A stretch of DNA of 32,000 nt from Edwardsiella hoshinae NBRC 105699 = ATCC 33379. GTDB taxonomy: Bacteria; Pseudomonadota; Gammaproteobacteria; Enterobacterales; Enterobacteriaceae. Made by a program: the position numbers and the translations under genes. The notes beneath the pieces were generated by a model. The model was not told the origin of the DNA, ran no database searches, and worked only from the letters and a program-made list of their open reading frames with translations. The number at the start of each line of letters is the position of its first letter. Within the stretch, counting starts at the first letter, position 1. Location of the stretch: the NCBI RefSeq assembly GCF_000474215.1, contig NZ_BAUC01000010.1:89382-121381 (forward strand). Direction: 5' to 3'. Below are positions 27,630-32,000 of the stretch, piece by piece.

Positions 27630-27912
27630 GCGCGGTAAAGAACCCATCCCAGTAGGCACCATTATTGTATCCAGGCGAATGCTAGCGTGTCCGGGCAGAG
27701 AATGGAGCAGACACCACACGGAGCGATACGGTGGGAAGGCAGCACGTAAAATAGCCTAATGGGATAGGTTCTCCCCTCCGGCGAGATTTTGCTCTCGTAC
27801 GGCGGTAGCTCTGAGCGTCGTGGCTCCCCCTGCGCATGCAGGCCGCCACAGCACAGAAGAACGTGTGGGATCGCCTACCTCGCCAAGGGGTGCCGCGCTG
27901 AATGCGGCCCAA

Positions 27913-27942
27913 TAAAAAAGGCACCCTATGGGTGCCTTTTTC
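27913..27942. terminator. Bidirectional rho-independent terminator (rpmE, and any plus-strand transcript)
   Basis: AAAAAA-GGCACCC-TAT-GGGTGCC-TTTTT. Confidence 0.75.
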
Positions 27943-27954
27943 GCCGGATCCAAA

Positions 27955-28167
27955 TTACTTGGAGCCAACCATGTTGAAACGCTTGTTGAAGCGGTCAACG
28001 CGGCCGCCGGTAGCGACGTCACGCTGCTTACCGGTGTAGAACGGGTGGCACTTGTCGCACACGTCCAGGTTCAGATCGTGACCAACGGTAGAGCGGGTCT
28101 TGATCACGTTGCCGCAAGAGCAGGTTGCCGTGATAGCAACATAGTTCGGGTGGATACCTTCTTTCAT
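27955..28167 (-). CDS. rpmE: 50S ribosomal protein L31 (zinc-binding type)
   Basis: 70 aa. It reads [25 protein letters not shown]. Confidence 0.95.
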   Translation of the reverse strand: MKEGIHPNYVAITATCSCGNVIKTRSTVGHDLNLDVCDKCHPFYTGKQRDVATGGRVDRFNKRFNMVGSK

Positions 28168-28248
28168 GGGAAAACCTCTGTTAAGGCCGCGTCGCTATCC
28201 GGCCCTCTTCCGCCAGACACCACGCGTGGTTGATAAAATCGGGTTTGA

Positions 28249-30564
<2,316 letters not shown>

Positions 30565-30843
30565 CACGTCCCTCTGACGCGAATGAAGTGCGATCAGGAT
30601 CGAAAAAATCTATTTACATCACACTTTTCCTGCAAATTAAGTAACAGTCCTCCCCACTGTTCCGTTTAATATGTGATCGTATACCCATCGGCTGCCCGCT
30701 CAGGGCAGCCATTCCCGGTAATGGAGCAACACGCCGCCGGGTATGGCAGTGTTATCGCTGGCGCAATCGTTACCTTCGCCGCGGGATAATGATCGGGAAG
30801 TCATGTCATCGCGCCAGCATGGACTGACGCAAGGAGAAACGCG

Positions 30844-31863
30844 TTGGAAGAGAAATCAATGAACGCCACCATGAAAGATGTGGCGGAGTATGCCGGCGTA
30901 TCTACCGCAACGGTATCGCGGGCCTTAATGAACCCAGAGAAAGTCTCCGCCACCACTCGGCAAAAAGTGGAACAGGCCGTCTTGGCCGTCGGCTATGCCC
31001 CGCACACCTTGGCGCGTAGCAACAAACGTGGCGAATCGCGCACCATCCTGGTGATCGTCCCAGACATCTGCGATCCCTTCTTTGCCGAAGTGATCCAGGG
31101 GATCGAACGCACCGCCGCCGAGCATGGCTACCTGGTGTTGCTCGGTGACTGCGCCCAGCAGATGCAACAAGAGAAAACTTTCGTTAACTTGATCATCACC
31201 AAGCAGATCGACGGCATGTTGTTACTCGGCTCCAACATCCCTTTCGATGCCAGCAAAGAGGAGCAGCGCAATCTGCCACCAATGGTGATGGCAAACGAAT
31301 TCGCGCCAGAGTTAGAACTGCCGACGGTACACATCGATAACCTGACCGCCGCTTTCAAGGCGGTACTTTACCTGCACGATCTCGGCCACCAGCGCATCGG
31401 TTGCCTGGCTGGCCCGGAACATATGCCGTTGAGTCAATATCGTCTACAAGGTTACATCCAAGCACTACGCCGCTGCGGACTCAGCGAGGCAGGCTATGTG
31501 GCACACGGTGACTTCACCTTCGAAGCTGGCGCCAAGGCGTTAGCTCAGCTAATGAGCTTGCCACAGCCGCCCACCGCTCTTTTCTGTCATAGTGATGTGA
31601 TGGCAATCGGAGCGCTGTCCCAAGCGAAGAAAATGGGGATCCGCGTGCCCGACGATCTCTCGATCATCGGCTTCGACGACATTCGCCTCGCGCAGTATGT
31701 CGATCCGCCGCTGACTACCGTGGCCCAGCCCCGCTACCAGATCGGGCGCGAGGCCATGCTCTTACTACTGGAGCAGTTGCATCATCACCGCATCCCCAGC
31801 GGCTCACGCCTGTTGGAGAGTGAGCTGATTATCCGTGGCAGCACGGCGGTGGCGAAACGCTAG
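30844..31863 (+). CDS. cytR: LacI-family repressor CytR
   Basis: A TTG start lies 6 nt after AGGAG; an alternative ATG is at 30859. ATMKDVAEYAGVSTATVSRALMNP..SRTILVIVPDICDPFF..NLPPMVMANEFAPELELPTVHIDNLTAAF is almost collinear with E. coli CytR as recalled. Confidence 0.9.
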   Translation: MEEKSMNATMKDVAEYAGVSTATVSRALMNPEKVSATTRQKVEQAVLAVGYAPHTLARSNKRGESRTILVIVPDICDPFFAEVIQGIERTAAEHGYLVLLGDCAQQMQQEKTFVNLIITKQIDGMLLLGSNIPFDASKEEQRNLPPMVMANEFAPELELPTVHIDNLTAAFKAVLYLHDLGHQRIGCLAGPEHMPLSQYRLQGYIQALRRCGLSEAGYVAHGDFTFEAGAKALAQLMSLPQPPTALFCHSDVMAIGALSQAKKMGIRVPDDLSIIGFDDIRLAQYVDPPLTTVAQPRYQIGREAMLLLLEQLHHHRIPSGSRLLESELIIRGSTAVAKR

Positions 31864-31929
31864 TGAATTGCACCTGAGTTCAGTAACATGGCGTCTTGAT
31901 ATTGACTATTGAGTTGTAGCGAAACGACA

Positions 31930-32000
31930 GTGGCACAAAGAGACTATGTGAGTCGCGGGCGCGCTTCGGGCGCCAAACGCAAAAGCAACGGCCGGGGAAA
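31930..32000 (+). CDS. ftsN: Cell division protein FtsN, N-terminal fragment (runs off the window)
   Basis: From a GTG start it reads (M)AQRDYVSRGRASGAKRKSNGRG, compared with E. coli MAQRDYVRRSQPAPSRRKK. It follows cytR as in E. coli. Confidence 0.65.
   Translation, partial: MAQRDYVSRGRASGAKRKSNGRG

Noticed and set aside
27690-27760. Cobalamin-riboswitch-like CGGTGGGAAGGC string.
   Set aside because: I could find no B12 box and no upstream GGGAA/GGTG core elements. There is also no downstream transporter or cobalamin gene, so the resemblance is too short.
30672-30710. CRP-like half site TGTGATCGTATACCCA and an 8-bp-stem hairpin upstream of cytR.
   Set aside because: The right half of the site is a poor match to TCACA, and the hairpin lacks a U-tract. 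The evidence is not enough to call either a CRP/CytR operator or a priA terminator.

Overview
The window reads as an Enterobacterales chromosome, judged by gene content and E. coli-like synteny.

**Left part (1-7141).** It holds uhpC (partial), uhpB and uhpA, a methyl-accepting chemotaxis protein, proC and idi.

**Accessory stretch (7148-12131).** This partly AT-rich region holds an AraC-family regulator, a ~860 bp non-coding AT-rich desert, a UspG/F-like protein, and a 48-aa lipoprotein that is absent from the ORF track. It ends with a HigB/Gp49-like toxin cluster whose HTH partner looks interrupted.

**Centre (12132-21992).** A complete ~9.9 kb P4/phiR73-like phage satellite is integrated into tRNA-Sec (selC) and bounded by a 21-bp direct repeat of the tRNA 3' end. 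Reading left to right it contains:
- a relic of a second satellite
- TGTTCAC-type iterons
- alpha primase-helicase
- three translationally coupled small ORFs
- a CI/C4-type immunity RNA with two complementary target boxes
- vis, sid, delta and psu
- a P2-type cos end
- a P4-type integrase

The variable cargo slot between cos and int holds one markedly AT-rich 561-aa stand-alone AIPR-family ORF with an N-terminal PD-(D/E)xK-like motif. This is my best candidate for an uncharacterised antiphage system.

**Right part (22068-32000).** It holds metL-metB, four MetJ boxes, metJ and an AT-rich islet with an orphan PapB-family regulator. These are followed by a GC-rich unexplained spacer, rpmE, priA, cytR and the start of ftsN.

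No CRISPR array, rRNA or IS element was seen. All homology statements come from my recall of protein families, not from a database search.
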